Assembly: GCA_963667785.2 (NCBI GenBank)
Contig: CAXXMU010000006.1
Coordinates: 736,001 to 800,000 of the forward strand
DNA from: Alphaproteobacteria bacterium
GTDB taxonomy: Bacteria > Pseudomonadota > Alphaproteobacteria > UBA828
Length of the DNA stretch: 64,000 bases
Direction: 5' to 3'
Translations under genes and position numbers: made by a program
The notes under the pieces: generated by a model
Told to the model about the DNA's origin: nothing
Database searches by the model: none
The model's input: only the letters and a program-made list of their open reading frames with translations
In this document: positions 1 to 11,854 of the stretch, piece by piece
Position numbering within the stretch: position 1 is the first letter of the stretch
Layout: every line of letters starts with the position of its first letter

Positions 1-62
1 AGGCCCAGGCACTGGTTCTCGGTACCGGCGATGCCCGAGGTCAGCACCCAGCAGCGCCCCAT
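1..62 (-). CDS. N-terminus of ELM1/GtrOC1-family (mitochondrial fission ELM1-like) protein, runs off the window
   Basis: Reverse strand from ATG at 62 reads MGRCWVLTSGIAGTENQCLG, matching the WVLTxGxAGxENQCLGL start typical of this family. It lies just downstream of the EamA gene. Confidence 0.6.
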   Translation of the reverse strand, partial: MGRCWVLTSGIAGTENQCLG

Positions 63-70
63 CGCGCCCC

Positions 71-997
71 TCACCCGCCGCGCGCGAAGCTCTCGGGCCG
101 CGTCACCACCGGCACCGCGAGCGCCGCGACGACCAGGCCAAGAGCCGTGAACTCGGTCCAGCCGAGCGGCTCGCTCAGGATCAGCGCCCCGCTGAACAGG
201 CCGATCATGGGAATGCCGAGCGTGCCGATGGTCGCCACGCCGGTCGGGAACAGCCGCACGATCTCATAGTACAGGTAGTAGCAGATCACGAACGGGGCGA
301 GGATGTTGTAGATCACCGAGACGAGCGGCCAGAGCGACGGGAACTGCAGCGAGTCCGCGTCCACCACGGCGGCGGCGATGAAGATCGGCACGCCGCAGAC
401 CAGGCATTGCCAGCCCACCAGCACCCACATGGAGACCTGCCAGTCGACGCGCTTGAGCGCGACCGTGCCGCAGGCCCAGCCGACCGCGCCGGTCAGAACG
501 AGGAGCGGCCCGAGGGGCGCGGCGCCGAGGGTATGGGCATCGCTCGCGATCAGCACGCCGAGACCGGCGGTGCCGAGCGCCAGCGCGCTGAGCCGCCGCC
601 AGCCGGGACGGTCGCCGAGGACGACATAGCCGATCGGCACGGTCCAGAGCGGCATGGTGTAGGCGATGATCGCGCCCCGGCCCGAGGTCGTGTAGAGGAG
701 CCCGAACCCGGTCGCCAGATGCCAGAGAGTGATGTTGAAGAAGCCCGAGACCAGCAGCGGGCGCCATTGCCGGCGCGGCACGCGGAGCGAGCGGCCCAGT
801 GCCCGATGGAGGGCGAGGATGATCAGACCCGCGCAGAGGAGGCAGAGCCCGCGGAAGGTCAGCACCGGCAGCTCGCTGAGCGCGAGCTTGAGCATCGGCC
901 AGTTGACGCCCCAGAGCAGCGTCAGCGCCGCGAGCAGGAGGAAGCCCCGGCGCGGCAGCGGCTCGCCGCTGCCGGGCGGAGAGGCCGCGCCGGTCAC
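71..997 (-). CDS. DMT/EamA family transporter
   Basis: About 10 hydrophobic segments; LLWGVNWP and two EamA-like halves. Confidence 0.88.
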   Translation of the reverse strand: MTGAASPPGSGEPLPRRGFLLLAALTLLWGVNWPMLKLALSELPVLTFRGLCLLCAGLIILALHRALGRSLRVPRRQWRPLLVSGFFNITLWHLATGFGLLYTTSGRGAIIAYTMPLWTVPIGYVVLGDRPGWRRLSALALGTAGLGVLIASDAHTLGAAPLGPLLVLTGAVGWACGTVALKRVDWQVSMWVLVGWQCLVCGVPIFIAAAVVDADSLQFPSLWPLVSVIYNILAPFVICYYLYYEIVRLFPTGVATIGTLGIPMIGLFSGALILSEPLGWTEFTALGLVVAALAVPVVTRPESFARGG

Positions 998-1498
998 CTG
1001 CGGGGCCGTGCGGGCGGCGGGCCGGGCCGGCCTCGCAGTGCCTCGTCCCGCGGGCTTCCACGTCGGGCCGGGCGGGGGCTCCCGATCCGGCCGGCCGCCG
1101 CTTCCGCTGACTTCGTCACGACCGCCCCCGCCCCGCTCTTCCCGGCCCCGAGCGGCCGCGAATCTTCCCGTCGTCGCGCCGCACTCATCATCCCGCCCCG
1201 GCCGGCCGGCCTCAAGGGCGGCCGATCGGCGGCAGTTAGGCGGCAGCTAGGCGACAGTCACGAGTGTCGCGCCACCGGGGATTTGCATTTCTAATCGGGC
1301 GGTTGCGGCATGTCTAAATGATGCAATCGGCATGGTGTTTAACCGATCTGACACTTGCTTCGCCGCGGCTGCGGTGCCTAGACTGACCTCCTCACGTGCG
1401 CCGAGGTGGCCGGGCGGCGAGCTCCAGTCCTCCCGGGCGCCGACAAGCCGTTGATGGCTGGCGTGCGTAACATCTGCATCTGACACTGGAGGACGGGG

Positions 1499-2527
1499 AT
1501 GAACTTCAAGAAAATTGCAAGCGCCGTCGCGGTGGCCGGCGCGCTGGTGGCAGCGGGCGCGATCCCGGGCCAGGCAGCAACACTCGACGACGTGAAGGCC
1601 GCCGGCACCCTCAAGTGCGGCATCAACACCGGCCTGCCGGGCTTTGCCTACACCGATGACGCGGGCAACTGGACCGGCTTCGACGTGGCGTACTGTCGGG
1701 CGATGGCGGCCGCCGTTCTCGGCGACGCCAGCGCGATTTCCTTCGTCAACCTGACCGGCAAGACGCGCTTCCCGGCGCTGGCGTCCGGCGAGATCGACGT
1801 GCTCTCGCGCAACACCACCTGGACCTTCTCGCGCGATGTCGACCTCGGCTTCACCTTCATCGGCGTCAGCTACTATGACGGCCAGGGCTTCATCGGCCGC
1901 ACGGCGCTCGGCATCGGCAGCGCCACCGAGCTCGACGGCGCCTCGGTCTGCATCCAGACCGGCACCACCACCGAGCTCAACCTGGCGGACTTCTTCCGCG
2001 TCAACGGCATCACCTACGAGCCGGTGCCGATCGAGACCAACGCCGAGGCCCGCGCGGCCTACGAGGCGGAGCGGTGCGACGTCTACACGACCGATGCATC
2101 GGGCCTCGCGGCGACGCGGACCACCTTCGAGAACCCCGGCGATCACATGGTGTTCCCCGAGATCGTCTCGAAGGAGCCGCTCGGGCCGCTGGTGCGCCAG
2201 GGCGACGACCAGTGGGCGGACATCGCGCGCTGGACGCTGAACGCGCTGATCACGGCCGAGGAGCTTGGCGTGACCCAGGCGAACGTGGCGGAGATGGCGA
2301 ACGGGACGGATCATCCGGAGATCAACCGGATGCTCGGCTCGGAAGGCTCTCTGGGCGAGATGCTGGGGCTTGACGCGCAGTGGGCGGTCCGTGCGATCGC
2401 GGCGGAAGGCAACTACGCCGAGATCTTCGACCGCTACATCGGCGCCGACAGTCCGCTGGCCCTGGGCCGCGGTCTGAACGCACTCTACACCGACGGCGGC
2501 ATCCTCTATTCGCCTCCGTTCCGTTAA
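1499..2527 (+). CDS. aapJ: General L-amino acid ABC transporter substrate-binding protein
   Basis: Signal peptide, GFDVAYCRAMAAAV, LSRNTTWT, C-terminal GGILYSPPFR; SD GGAGG upstream. Confidence 0.92.
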   Translation: MNFKKIASAVAVAGALVAAGAIPGQAATLDDVKAAGTLKCGINTGLPGFAYTDDAGNWTGFDVAYCRAMAAAVLGDASAISFVNLTGKTRFPALASGEIDVLSRNTTWTFSRDVDLGFTFIGVSYYDGQGFIGRTALGIGSATELDGASVCIQTGTTTELNLADFFRVNGITYEPVPIETNAEARAAYEAERCDVYTTDASGLAATRTTFENPGDHMVFPEIVSKEPLGPLVRQGDDQWADIARWTLNALITAEELGVTQANVAEMANGTDHPEINRMLGSEGSLGEMLGLDAQWAVRAIAAEGNYAEIFDRYIGADSPLALGRGLNALYTDGGILYSPPFR

Positions 2528-2538
2528 GTTCGACGATG

Positions 2539-2577
2539 CACCGTCCCGCCCACACGGTCGGGCGGGACGGTGTTTTT
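2539..2577 (+). terminator. Intrinsic terminator / stabilising hairpin after aapJ
   Basis: 13-bp perfect stem CACCGTCCCGCCC / GGGCGGGACGGTG followed by TTTTT. Confidence 0.8.
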
Positions 2578-2640
2578 CCCGGCGAGGGCTCCTCAGCGAC
2601 AGAGATGTCGCTCAGTTAACGCGAGGAGGGCGGCGCCACC

Positions 2641-3828
2641 GTGACCGATAAAGCGCCCTCAGGTGGCGGCGGCTTCGACATAAGTCGCGCCTGGACCGAC
2701 GAGCGCGCCCGCGGCGTCATCTTCCAGATCATCATCGTGCTCGGGCTGGCGGGGCTCGCCGCCTTCATCGTCTCGAACACGATCACGAACCTCAGGGAAG
2801 CCGGCCTCTCGTCCGGCTACGGCTTCCTCTTCGATACCGCCAACTTCGACATCAACCAGCGCCTGCTCGACTACGCCTCCACCTCGACCTACGGGCAGGC
2901 GTTCGTCGTCGGTGCGCTCAACACCATCCTCGTCGCCGTGATGGGCATCGCCATGGCCACGGTCATCGGCTTCGTCACGGGCGTGCTCAGGCTCTCCAAC
3001 AACTTCCTGATCAGCCGCATCGTGGGGGTCTGGGTCGAGTTCACCCGCAACGTCCCGGTACTGCTGCAGATCATCTTCTGGTGGCTGATCATGCTGGCGC
3101 TGCCCCGGGTGCGCGACAGCATTTCGATCGGCGACGCCGCCTTTCTCAACAATCGCGGCATTTTCCTGCCTTCGCCCATCTTCGAGGACGGCTCGGCGAT
3201 CGTGCTGGCGATGATCGCGGTGGGCATCGCAGCCACCGTCCTGGTCAGGCGCTGGGCGAGGAAGCGCCAGGACGCGACCGGCCGCACCTTCCCGGTCGGC
3301 TGGATCGGGCTCGGGCTGATCGTGGGCATCCCCGTGATCGTCTACTTCGCCGTCGGCCAGCCGCTCGACTTCGACCTTCCGGAGAAGAAGAAGTTCAACC
3401 TGAAGGGCGGCTTCAACATCACGCCTGAGCTGATAGCGCTGTGGCTGGCACTCTCCACCTATACCGGCGCCTTCATCTCCGAGATCGTGCGCGGCGGGAT
3501 TCTCTCGGTCTCCAAGGGGCAGACCGAGGCGTCCGGCGCGCTCGGACTCCGGCGCGGGCTAACCATGCGCAAGATCATCCTGCCGCAGGCGCTCCGGGTG
3601 ATCATTCCGCCGATGACGAGCCAGTACCTCAACCTGACCAAGAACTCCTCGCTCGCCGTCGCCATCGGCTATCAGGACATCGTCTCGATCGGCGACACCA
3701 TCCTCAACCAGAGCGGCCAGGCGCTCGAGGTGATCTCGCTCTACATGGCGTTCTACCTGGTGCTGAGCCTGCTCACGTCGGCCTTCATGAACTGGTACAA
3801 CAAGCGCATCGCGCTCGTGGAACGATGA
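2641..3828 (+). CDS. aapQ: Amino acid ABC transporter permease
   Basis: EIVRGGILSVSKGQTEA EAA loop, NLTKNSSLA, ends [13 protein letters not shown]. Confidence 0.9.
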   Translation: MTDKAPSGGGGFDISRAWTDERARGVIFQIIIVLGLAGLAAFIVSNTITNLREAGLSSGYGFLFDTANFDINQRLLDYASTSTYGQAFVVGALNTILVAVMGIAMATVIGFVTGVLRLSNNFLISRIVGVWVEFTRNVPVLLQIIFWWLIMLALPRVRDSISIGDAAFLNNRGIFLPSPIFEDGSAIVLAMIAVGIAATVLVRRWARKRQDATGRTFPVGWIGLGLIVGIPVIVYFAVGQPLDFDLPEKKKFNLKGGFNITPELIALWLALSTYTGAFISEIVRGGILSVSKGQTEASGALGLRRGLTMRKIILPQALRVIIPPMTSQYLNLTKNSSLAVAIGYQDIVSIGDTILNQSGQALEVISLYMAFYLVLSLLTSAFMNWYNKRIALVER

Positions 3829-4937
3829 GCAAGCACGCCTTCCATCGCAGCCGGGCGGAGATGCTGCCGGAGCGGCCGGCGCCGCTCACCAGCAGGGGCA
3901 TCATCGGCTGGATGCGGGCGAACCTCTTCTCGAGCTGGCTGAGCACGTCGCTCACGCTGGCCTCGATCGCGGTGCTCGCGCTGATCGTGCCCGGCCTGAT
4001 CGAGTGGGCCTTCATCGATGCGACGCTGACCGGCGAGATCGGCAAGGACTGCCCCAGCGAGGGGGCGTGCTGGGCCTGGCTCGACCAGCGCATCACCCAG
4101 TTCTTCTACGGCTTCTATCCCGTCGAGGCCTACTGGCGGGTGAACGTCTGCATCGCCCTGCTGGTGCCGGCGCTCGCCTACATGCTGTTCGACAGGCTGC
4201 CCTATTCCCGCTACGGGCGCTGGTTCTCGCTCGCCTATCCCGTGATCGCGGCCTTCCTGCTGGTCGGCGGCCTCGGCCTCGATGTCGTCCGCACCGACCA
4301 GTTCGGCGGCTTCATGCTCAACCTGATCGCCGGCCTCGTCGGCATCGTGCTCTCGCTGCCCATCGGCATCGTGCTGGCGCTCGGCCGCCGCTCGCGCATG
4401 CCGATCGTGCGCTGGTTCTCGGTCGCGTTCATCGAGTTCATCCGCGGGGTGCCGCTGATCACGCTGCTCTTCGTCGCGATCATCCTGCTGCCGCTCTTCC
4501 TGCCGCCGGAGGTCACCCTCGACCAGCTCATCCGCGTAATGATCATCATCACGGTGTTCGCGTCCGCCTACATGGCGGAGGTGATCCGCGGCGGGCTGCA
4601 GGCGATCCCGCAGGGGCAGTACGAGGCCGGCCAGGCGATGGGGCTCGGCTACTGGCAGTCGATGCGCCTCATCATCCTGCCGCAGGCGCTGAAGATCTCG
4701 ATCCCCGGCATCGTCAACACCTTCATCGGGCTCTTCAAGGACACCACGCTGGTCATCATCATCGGCCTGTTCGACATCCTCGGCCAGGCGCGCCTGCTCC
4801 AGACCAACCCGGACTGGCTGGGCAAGGTCGACTACGAGACCTTCCTGCTGGCGGCGCTGTTCTTCTTCGTGATCTGCTTCAGCATGTCGCGCTACTCGCT
4901 CAATCTCGAGAAGCGCCTCGACACCACGCGACGCTAG
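3825..4937 (+). CDS. aapM: Amino acid ABC transporter permease
   Basis: Starts at an ATGA overlap with the aapQ stop (MSKHAF...); [28 protein letters not shown]. Confidence 0.9.
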   Translation: MSKHAFHRSRAEMLPERPAPLTSRGIIGWMRANLFSSWLSTSLTLASIAVLALIVPGLIEWAFIDATLTGEIGKDCPSEGACWAWLDQRITQFFYGFYPVEAYWRVNVCIALLVPALAYMLFDRLPYSRYGRWFSLAYPVIAAFLLVGGLGLDVVRTDQFGGFMLNLIAGLVGIVLSLPIGIVLALGRRSRMPIVRWFSVAFIEFIRGVPLITLLFVAIILLPLFLPPEVTLDQLIRVMIIITVFASAYMAEVIRGGLQAIPQGQYEAGQAMGLGYWQSMRLIILPQALKISIPGIVNTFIGLFKDTTLVIIIGLFDILGQARLLQTNPDWLGKVDYETFLLAALFFFVICFSMSRYSLNLEKRLDTTRR

Positions 4938-4947
4938 GGGGGAAACC

Positions 4948-5709
<762 letters not shown>

Positions 5710-5712
<3 letters not shown>

Positions 5713-5882
5713 AGCGTATTCGTCCTCGACGGATACGCGACAGGCCGCGACTGCGGCCCGCCGCTTATGCGGCGCCATCGCGCGCCCGCGCGCGTGGACG
5801 CACGACGCGGAGGCGCCGGCCGTCGCGCCGGTAGGCGCGCGGAATCGCTGGACGGCCGGCTGCCGTGAGCGAAAAGAGTCTG
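5710..5882 (+). repeat. Family B palindromic repeat (TAGAGC-type), begins on the aapP stop codon
   Basis: TAGAGCGTATTCGTCCTCGACGGATACGCGACAGGCCGCGACTGCGGCCCGCCGCTTATGCGGCGC...GGCCGGCTGCCGTGAGCGAAAAGAG closely matches the reverse complement of 42326-42440. Confidence 0.8.
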
Positions 5883-5890
5883 CGGCCGGC

Positions 5891-7327
5891 TCAGCCTCCG
5901 TCCGCACCCTTTGCGACCGCATCGAAGCGCGCGGGCGCCGGGCTGACCACGGCGACCCTGCCGCCGCGGCCGACCTCGAAGACGGCGAGGCCCCGTTCCG
6001 CTATCCCGTCCTCGTCGAAGCGGAAGAGGCCGTCGGCGCCGAGGAAGCCGCCGCGCCCACCGATCGCCTGCGGGCCGAAGGAGACGCCGTTGCGCGCCAG
6101 AGCGGCGGCCAGCGCGGTCGCATCGTAGGCGAGGCTCGCGATCGCGCCCGGCGGCGTGCCGAAGGCCCGCCGGTAGCGTTCCTCGAAGTCCCGCCGCGCC
6201 GCCGGGTCAGGGCCGGCGAACCAGCCGCCCGCCAGCGCCGGCTCGCCGAGCGAGGCCGGGTCCTCCCAGAGCCCCGTTCCCAGGAGGCGCGTCGCGGCGG
6301 GGTCGATGTCGTAGTAGGGCAGCAGCGGCGCGACCTGCCTGAGCCGGGCGCCGCCGTCGGCCAGCAGCAGCGCATCGAAGGGCAGCGCGCCCAGCGTATC
6401 GAGCGTCGAGAGCCGCTCCAGCCGGCGGCGCGCGGCGGCATCGTTCTGGCGGGCGAGCGCCTGGCGCTCGTCCTTCAGCGCCTGGACGCGCCGGTCGTAC
6501 TCGGCAAGCTCCCGCACCACGTCGGCGGCATCGGACGCATCCGCGGCGTAGGTGCGGACCCGCGTCAGCGTGAGACCGGAGAGCGCCGCCGCCGTCTGAG
6601 CCTCGTCCGCCACCGCCGCGCCGTAGCGCGTCTCCGGCGCGAGCACCGCGATCCGACGCAGGCCGTCCGCCGCGGCATGGGCGAAGACCCGCCTGATCTG
6701 CGCGCGCGGCGTGTGGCCGAGCAGATAGACGCCCTCGCTTGCCGCCTCCCGGTCGGTGGAGAAGGCCACCACGCCGACGCCCTGCGCCCGCGCATGGGCG
6801 GCGACGGCCTTCACCCCGTCCGCGAACAGGGGGCCGAGGAGCAGGTCGACGCCGGCGCCGAGGAGCGCCAGCGCGGCCCTCTCCGCGCCCGGTCCCGTGC
6901 CGCCCGTATCGCGCGGCAGCAGCGTGAAGCGCTCGTCGGCGGTATCGAAGAGGGCGAGCTGCGCCGCGCGCAGCAGGGTCTCCCCCTCCGGCGCGTAGCG
7001 GCCCGAGAGAGGCAGGAGCAGGCCGATCCGGGCGGAGGGCGGCGCGTCCTCGGCAATCGCCGTTTCGCTTTCGCCGTCAGCCGGCGGCACCTCTTTCGCC
7101 TCCGCGACGGGCTTTGCCGGCGGAGGCAATGGCGGCTCCTCCGGCTCCGCCGCACTCTCTGCGGGCGCCTCGATCTCCTGGGGTGGCGACGGCTGGTCCT
7201 CCGCCGGCGGCGGCGCTACGCTCGGCGCGGAGCAGGCGCCCGCGAGCAGGACCAGCATAGCGAAGGCGCCTGCCGGCCCGGTGCGCCGGCTCCAACCGGC
7301 CGGGGAGAGGGTGCGAGGTCGATCCAT
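5891..7327 (-). CDS. Penicillin-binding protein activator (LpoA/LppC-like) lipoprotein
   Basis: Lipoprotein-like signal (LLAGAC), Pro/Glu linker, IGLLLPLSG, GPLFA, YDATALA, GADGLFRF; divergent from rsmI as in the yraM-yraL arrangement. Start could alternatively be 7258. Confidence 0.8.
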   Translation of the reverse strand: MDRPRTLSPAGWSRRTGPAGAFAMLVLLAGACSAPSVAPPPAEDQPSPPQEIEAPAESAAEPEEPPLPPPAKPVAEAKEVPPADGESETAIAEDAPPSARIGLLLPLSGRYAPEGETLLRAAQLALFDTADERFTLLPRDTGGTGPGAERAALALLGAGVDLLLGPLFADGVKAVAAHARAQGVGVVAFSTDREAASEGVYLLGHTPRAQIRRVFAHAAADGLRRIAVLAPETRYGAAVADEAQTAAALSGLTLTRVRTYAADASDAADVVRELAEYDRRVQALKDERQALARQNDAAARRRLERLSTLDTLGALPFDALLLADGGARLRQVAPLLPYYDIDPAATRLLGTGLWEDPASLGEPALAGGWFAGPDPAARRDFEERYRRAFGTPPGAIASLAYDATALAAALARNGVSFGPQAIGGRGGFLGADGLFRFDEDGIAERGLAVFEVGRGGRVAVVSPAPARFDAVAKGADGG

Positions 7328-8255
7328 GCCCGAAAAAACTCCCGCGACGGCCGCGGGCGGCGACCACACTAAGGACCGCGCGGATGCGAGTAAACCGCGC
7401 GCGGGCGCGGAGCCGGGGCTCTGGCTGGTGGCGACGCCGATCGGCAACCTGGACGACGTCTCGGGCCGGGCGCTGGCGGTGCTCGCGTCGGTCGATCGCA
7501 TCGCCTGCGAGGACACCCGCCACACCGGGCGCCTCCTCGCCCGGCACGGCATCGCCGGTAGCCTCGTCCCTTACCACGAGCACAATGCGGCACGCGTCCG
7601 CCCGGGCTTGCTCCGCACGCTCGCGGGCGGCGGCTCGGTGGCGCTCGTCGCGGATGCGGGCACGCCGCTCATCTCCGATCCCGGCTACAAGCTGGTCCGC
7701 GCGGCGCTGGACGCCGGGTTGCGCGTCACCGGCTGCCCGGGGCCGAGCGCGCCGTTGCTGGCGCTCATCCTCTCCGGCCTGCCGACCGACCGCTTCTACG
7801 TCGGCGGGTTCCTGCCGCCCCGGCAGGGGCCGCGCCGCCGGGCGCTCGCCGCGCTCAGGCTCCTCGACGCAACCCTCGTCTTCCTCGAATCGCCGCGCCG
7901 GCTGGCAGGCGCGCTCGCGGACATGGCGGCGACGCTCGGCCCGCGCCCGGCGGCGGTGGCACGGGAGCTTACCAAGCGGCACGAGGAGCTGCGGCGCGGA
8001 ACGCTCGACCGGCTCGCCAGCCACTACGACGCCGCGGGCGCGCCCAGGGGCGAGGTCGTGGTCGTCGTCGACGGCGCGCGCAGCGGCGACGCGCAGCCCA
8101 CATACTCGGATGCCGAGATCGACGCCCGTCTCGACACCCTGCTCGCGGCCGGCTCCGTGCGCGACGCCGCGGCGGCGCTCAGCGCCGAGACCGGCCTGCC
8201 CCGCCGCGAGATCTATGCCCGGGCGCTCGCCCGGGCGCGAGCCGGAGACGCATGA
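7326..8255 (+). CDS. rsmI: 16S rRNA (cytidine1402-2'-O)-methyltransferase
   Basis: [46 protein letters not shown]. Confidence 0.93.
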   Translation: MPEKTPATAAGGDHTKDRADASKPRAGAEPGLWLVATPIGNLDDVSGRALAVLASVDRIACEDTRHTGRLLARHGIAGSLVPYHEHNAARVRPGLLRTLAGGGSVALVADAGTPLISDPGYKLVRAALDAGLRVTGCPGPSAPLLALILSGLPTDRFYVGGFLPPRQGPRRRALAALRLLDATLVFLESPRRLAGALADMAATLGPRPAAVARELTKRHEELRRGTLDRLASHYDAAGAPRGEVVVVVDGARSGDAQPTYSDAEIDARLDTLLAAGSVRDAAAALSAETGLPRREIYARALARARAGDA

Positions 8256-8644
8256 GCGGACGCTCGCGCGCGGCACGACGCGCCGCCCACCGGAGGGGTC
8301 TCGCCGCCGAGCGGCTGTGCGCGCTTCGCCTCAGGCTCTGCGGCTGGCGCATCCTCGCCCGGCGCTACGCGACCGCCGCCGGCGAGCTCGACATCGTCGC
8401 CAGGCGCGGCCGGCTGATCGCCTTCATCGAGGTGAAGCACCGCGGGGAGCGGAGCGGCGCCCTCGAGACGATCACCGCGCGCCAGAGGCAGCGCATCGAG
8501 AACGCCGCCAGCATTTTCTTGTCGCGTCATCCGAATTGGCGCAAGCTCTCGCTCAGATTCGATGTGATGGTCGTGATCCCATGGCGATGGCCGAGCCACC
8601 TGCCGGACGCATGGCGCCCGGATCGGACGCAGGCGATCCCGTGA
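8252..8644 (+). CDS. YraN family (UPF0102) putative endonuclease
   Basis: GLAAE, GELDIVA, FIEVK, RFDV motifs; follows rsmI. Confidence 0.88.
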   Translation: MSGRSRAARRAAHRRGLAAERLCALRLRLCGWRILARRYATAAGELDIVARRGRLIAFIEVKHRGERSGALETITARQRQRIENAASIFLSRHPNWRKLSLRFDVMVVIPWRWPSHLPDAWRPDRTQAIP

Positions 8645-9303
8645 CGGCGCGGGCCGCACGCGCCGTTCACGCGGGTGGCGAGCGCCGGCACCTGCGCCGG
8701 CGGGCCGGACCGGCCGCCGCCCTGGCGCTGCTGCTGGCCGGCCCGTTCGCCCTCTCCGGCTGTGCGGAGGCTCTCCTCGGCGCGGCTGCGACGACCGGCC
8801 TCATCGTCGCCGAGGAGCGCTCGCTGGGCGACGTGGTCGACGACCTGACCATCCGGGGCGAGCTCAACCATCTGTTCTTCCAGGAGAACGTCGACCTCTA
8901 TCAGAACGTGTCGTTCAGCGTCATCGAGGGCCGCGTCCTGCTGAAGGGCAGCGTGTCGACGCCGGAGGACCGCATCAACGCGCTCCGCGTCGCTTGGCAG
9001 GCGAACGGCGTTCGCGAGGTGATCAACGAGGTGCAGGTGACCGACCAGAGCGGGATCCTGGACTATGCGCGGGACACGTGGATCTCGGCACAGCTCAAGG
9101 GCGCGCTCCTGCTGGACACCGATGTGCTCTCGATCAACTACAGCATCGAGACCGTGAACGGCACGGTCTACCTCTTGGGAATCGCGCAGGACCAGGCCGA
9201 GCTCGAGCGCGTGCTGGCACATGCCCGCGGCATCGACGATGTGCAGCGCGTGGTGAACCACGTGATCGCGAAGGACGACCCGCGCCGCCAGGCAACACCT
9301 TGA
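8641..9303 (+). CDS. BON-domain lipoprotein (DolP/YraP-like)
   Basis: GTG start overlapping the yraN stop; lipobox LSGC; two BON domains ([21 protein letters not shown]). Confidence 0.85.
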   Translation: MTARAARAVHAGGERRHLRRRAGPAAALALLLAGPFALSGCAEALLGAAATTGLIVAEERSLGDVVDDLTIRGELNHLFFQENVDLYQNVSFSVIEGRVLLKGSVSTPEDRINALRVAWQANGVREVINEVQVTDQSGILDYARDTWISAQLKGALLLDTDVLSINYSIETVNGTVYLLGIAQDQAELERVLAHARGIDDVQRVVNHVIAKDDPRRQATP

Positions 9304-10130
9304 TGGCGGACGCCGCGATCGAGCGCGGGCTCCGCGCGGTGGGCGCCCTCGCGGACGACGCGATCGACCTTGCGGACGCGGCGCTGCTGCTCGGCGCGCT
9401 CGACCTGCCGGAGGCGCCGCTCGCCCGCTACCGCTCCCACGTCGACCAGCTCCGCGCCGACGTGGCGGCGCTCGCAGGCGCCGACGACACGCTGGAGCGC
9501 CGCCGCCGCCACCTCAATGCCGTGCTCTTCGACGGCCACGGCTATGCCGGCGACATCGAGAGCTACGATGCGCCGGAGAACGCCAACCTCCTGCAGGTCA
9601 TCGACCGCCGCGCGGGCCTGCCGGTCAGCCTCGGCATCCTCTATATCCACACCGCCCGCACCCAGGGCTGGGCGGTGGACGGGCTGGCCTTCCCCGGCCA
9701 CTTCCTCGTGCGCATGGACGAGGGCGACCGCCGCGTGATCGTCGATCCGTTCCACCGGGGCCAGGCGTTGGAGGCCGGCCACCTGCGCGGCCTGCTGAAG
9801 CAGTTCGAGGGCGCCGATGCGGAGCTCGCGCCGGCCCACTACGCGCCGGTCGGCAACCGCTCGATCCTGCTCAGGCTGCAGAACAACATCAAGAGCCGCG
9901 CGCTCCAGGCAGGCGACGGCGCGCGCGCCGTGGCGATCCTCGAGCGCATGCTGCTGATCGCGCCGGATGCGGGCGGCCTCTGGTACGAGCTCGGCGTCCT
10001 GCGCGGCAGGCTCGGCACCGTCAAGGGCGCGGTCGCGGCGCTGGAGCGGAGCCTGGACTGCACGCTCCCGGAAGGCACCCGGTCGCGCGTCGAGGCCACG
10101 CTCGAGCAACTCGCCACCAGCCTGCACTGA
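9303..10130 (+). CDS. SirB1/transglutaminase-like protein with C-terminal TPR
   Basis: YDAPENANLLQVIDRRAGLPVSLGILY, FPGHFLVR, DPF, LRLQNNIK. Confidence 0.85.
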   Translation: MADAAIERGLRAVGALADDAIDLADAALLLGALDLPEAPLARYRSHVDQLRADVAALAGADDTLERRRRHLNAVLFDGHGYAGDIESYDAPENANLLQVIDRRAGLPVSLGILYIHTARTQGWAVDGLAFPGHFLVRMDEGDRRVIVDPFHRGQALEAGHLRGLLKQFEGADAELAPAHYAPVGNRSILLRLQNNIKSRALQAGDGARAVAILERMLLIAPDAGGLWYELGVLRGRLGTVKGAVAALERSLDCTLPEGTRSRVEATLEQLATSLH

Positions 10131-10160
10131 AGCGCGCCGCACCGCCGAGGGGGCCATGAC

Positions 10161-11108
10161 ATGAGTCTCGCCGTGGCCATCCAGATGGACCCGATGGAGG
10201 CCATCGACATCGAGGCGGACAGCACGTTCGCGCTCGCGCTCGAAGCCCAGGCCCGGGGCCATCGGCTGCATCACTACCTGCCCCGGCAGCTTTCGCTGAC
10301 GGCGCGGGGCGCGGTGGCGACCGCGCGCACCCTCGAGGTGCGCGACCGGGCCGGCGACCACTTCACCCTCGGCCCGCCCGAGGCGGTCGATCTTGGGGCG
10401 ATGGACGTCGTCCTGATGCGCCAGGACCCGCCGTTCGACATGGCCTACATCACCGCCACCCACATCCTGGAGCACGTCCAGCCCGAAACGCTGGTGGTGA
10501 ACGATCCGGCCCATGTGCGGAACGCGCCCGAAAAGCTCTTCGTCACCCGCTTTCCGGAGCTGATGCCGCCGACGCTGATCACCGCCGAGCGCGACCTGAT
10601 CGTCGACTTCCGCGCGCGCCACGGCGACATCATCCTGAAGCCCCTCTTCGGCAACGGCGGCGCAGGCGTCTTTCACCTGCGGCCGGAGGACGAGAACCTG
10701 AACGCGCTCATCGAGATGTTCGGCACCTTCTTTCGCGAGCCGATCATCGCGCAGGCCTACCTGCCGGCGGTCCGCGACGGCGACAAGCGCATCATCCTGG
10801 TGGACGGCGAGGCGGTCGGCGCGGTCAACCGGGTGCCGGCGGCGGGCGAGGCGCGCGCGAACATGCATGTCGGCGCCCGCCCCACGAAGACGGCGCTGAC
10901 CGCGCGCGATCGCGAGATCTGCGCGGCCATCGGGCCGGCGCTCAGGGAGCGCGGCCTGATCTTCACCGGCATCGACGTGATCGGCGGCTATCTCACCGAG
11001 ATCAACGTCACCTCGCCCACCGGAATCCGCGAGATCGACCGCCTCGACGGCGTCCGCCTCGAGGCGCTGGTGTGGGACGCGATCGAGGCCCGGCTCGCGC
11101 GATCCTGA
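10161..11108 (+). CDS. gshB: Glutathione synthase
   Basis: [37 protein letters not shown]. Confidence 0.95.
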   Translation: MSLAVAIQMDPMEAIDIEADSTFALALEAQARGHRLHHYLPRQLSLTARGAVATARTLEVRDRAGDHFTLGPPEAVDLGAMDVVLMRQDPPFDMAYITATHILEHVQPETLVVNDPAHVRNAPEKLFVTRFPELMPPTLITAERDLIVDFRARHGDIILKPLFGNGGAGVFHLRPEDENLNALIEMFGTFFREPIIAQAYLPAVRDGDKRIILVDGEAVGAVNRVPAAGEARANMHVGARPTKTALTARDREICAAIGPALRERGLIFTGIDVIGGYLTEINVTSPTGIREIDRLDGVRLEALVWDAIEARLARS

Positions 11109-11138
11109 GCCCGCGCCCCGGCCGGTGCCCCTCCCCGC

Positions 11139-11531
11139 TCACGGCATGCGCGGCACGGGCCCGCTGTCGTCGATGCGCCAGCGCGCGCCGTCCACCGCGA
11201 TCACCCGCTCACCGGTCACGCTGCCGGGATCGAGGCAGAGCACGTTGACGCTGTAGCAATCGGGCGCAGAGCGCGGCACGTAGAACGACTTCACGCCGCA
11301 GACCACGCAGAAGAGATGTTCCGCCACGCCGCTGCCGAAGCGATAGCGGCTCAACGATTCCGCGCCGCTGAGCAGGGTGAAGCGCGCCTTCGGCACCACC
11401 AGATGGCGGTACCCGCTCATCCGGCAGATCGAGCAGTTGCACTCGTGGACCTCGATCTCTGCCGGGGCCTCGCAGGCGAAGCGCACCGCGCCGCAATGGC
11501 AGCCGCCACGATGGGTGACGAGCGCGCTCAC
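11139..11531 (-). CDS. GFA (CENP-V/glutathione-dependent formaldehyde-activating) family protein
   Basis: GGCHCGAVRF, CNCSIC, HLFCVVCG zinc motifs; GTG start at 11531. Confidence 0.85.
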   Translation of the reverse strand: MSALVTHRGGCHCGAVRFACEAPAEIEVHECNCSICRMSGYRHLVVPKARFTLLSGAESLSRYRFGSGVAEHLFCVVCGVKSFYVPRSAPDCYSVNVLCLDPGSVTGERVIAVDGARWRIDDSGPVPRMP

Positions 11532-11620
11532 GGGTGCCGGGCGGACGGCCGGGACTGAGGTTCGAGGGATGGCGCGGGCATCTTGGCGATCTCCCCGGCC
11601 TGTTGCGGCGGGCCGGGCAC

Positions 11621-11695
11621 TGGAGCGGGCGATGGGATTCGAACCCACGACCCCAACCTTGGCAAGGTTGTGCTCTACCCCTGAGCTACGCCCGC
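11621..11695 (-). tRNA. tRNA-Gly (GCC)
   Basis: Reverse complement GCGGGCGTAGCTCAGGGGTAGAGCACAACCTTGCCAAGGTTGGGGTCGTGGGTTCGAATCCCATCGCCCGCTCCA: cloverleaf, anticodon GCC, TTCGAA T-loop, encoded CCA. Confidence 0.97.
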
Positions 11696-11825
11696 CTGCA
11701 CCGTGCCCCCGCGCGCGGCGATAGTACGCGATCGGCACGCCCGCACAAGGCGCAATCCCGCTGACATCTGCCCGACCCGAAACGGACCCGCAACACGCGC
11801 ATACCTCCCCCGCCGCAGATGGCGA

Positions 11826-11854
11826 TTGACGCTGGCCTGCGGCAAGGGTAGGAG
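11826..11854 (+). promoter_or_regulatory. Putative sigma70 promoter for the helicase leader
   Basis: TTGACG-N17-TAGGAG. Confidence 0.35.

Noticed and set aside
1283-1345. NtrC or sigma54 sites upstream of aapJ
   Set aside because: Only a partial TGATGCA half-site and no proper TGGCAC-N5-TTGC.
11560-11700. tRNA-Gly as attachment site for the catabolic region
   Set aside because: No integrase next to it, no duplicated tRNA 3' end noticed, and housekeeping genes flank it.
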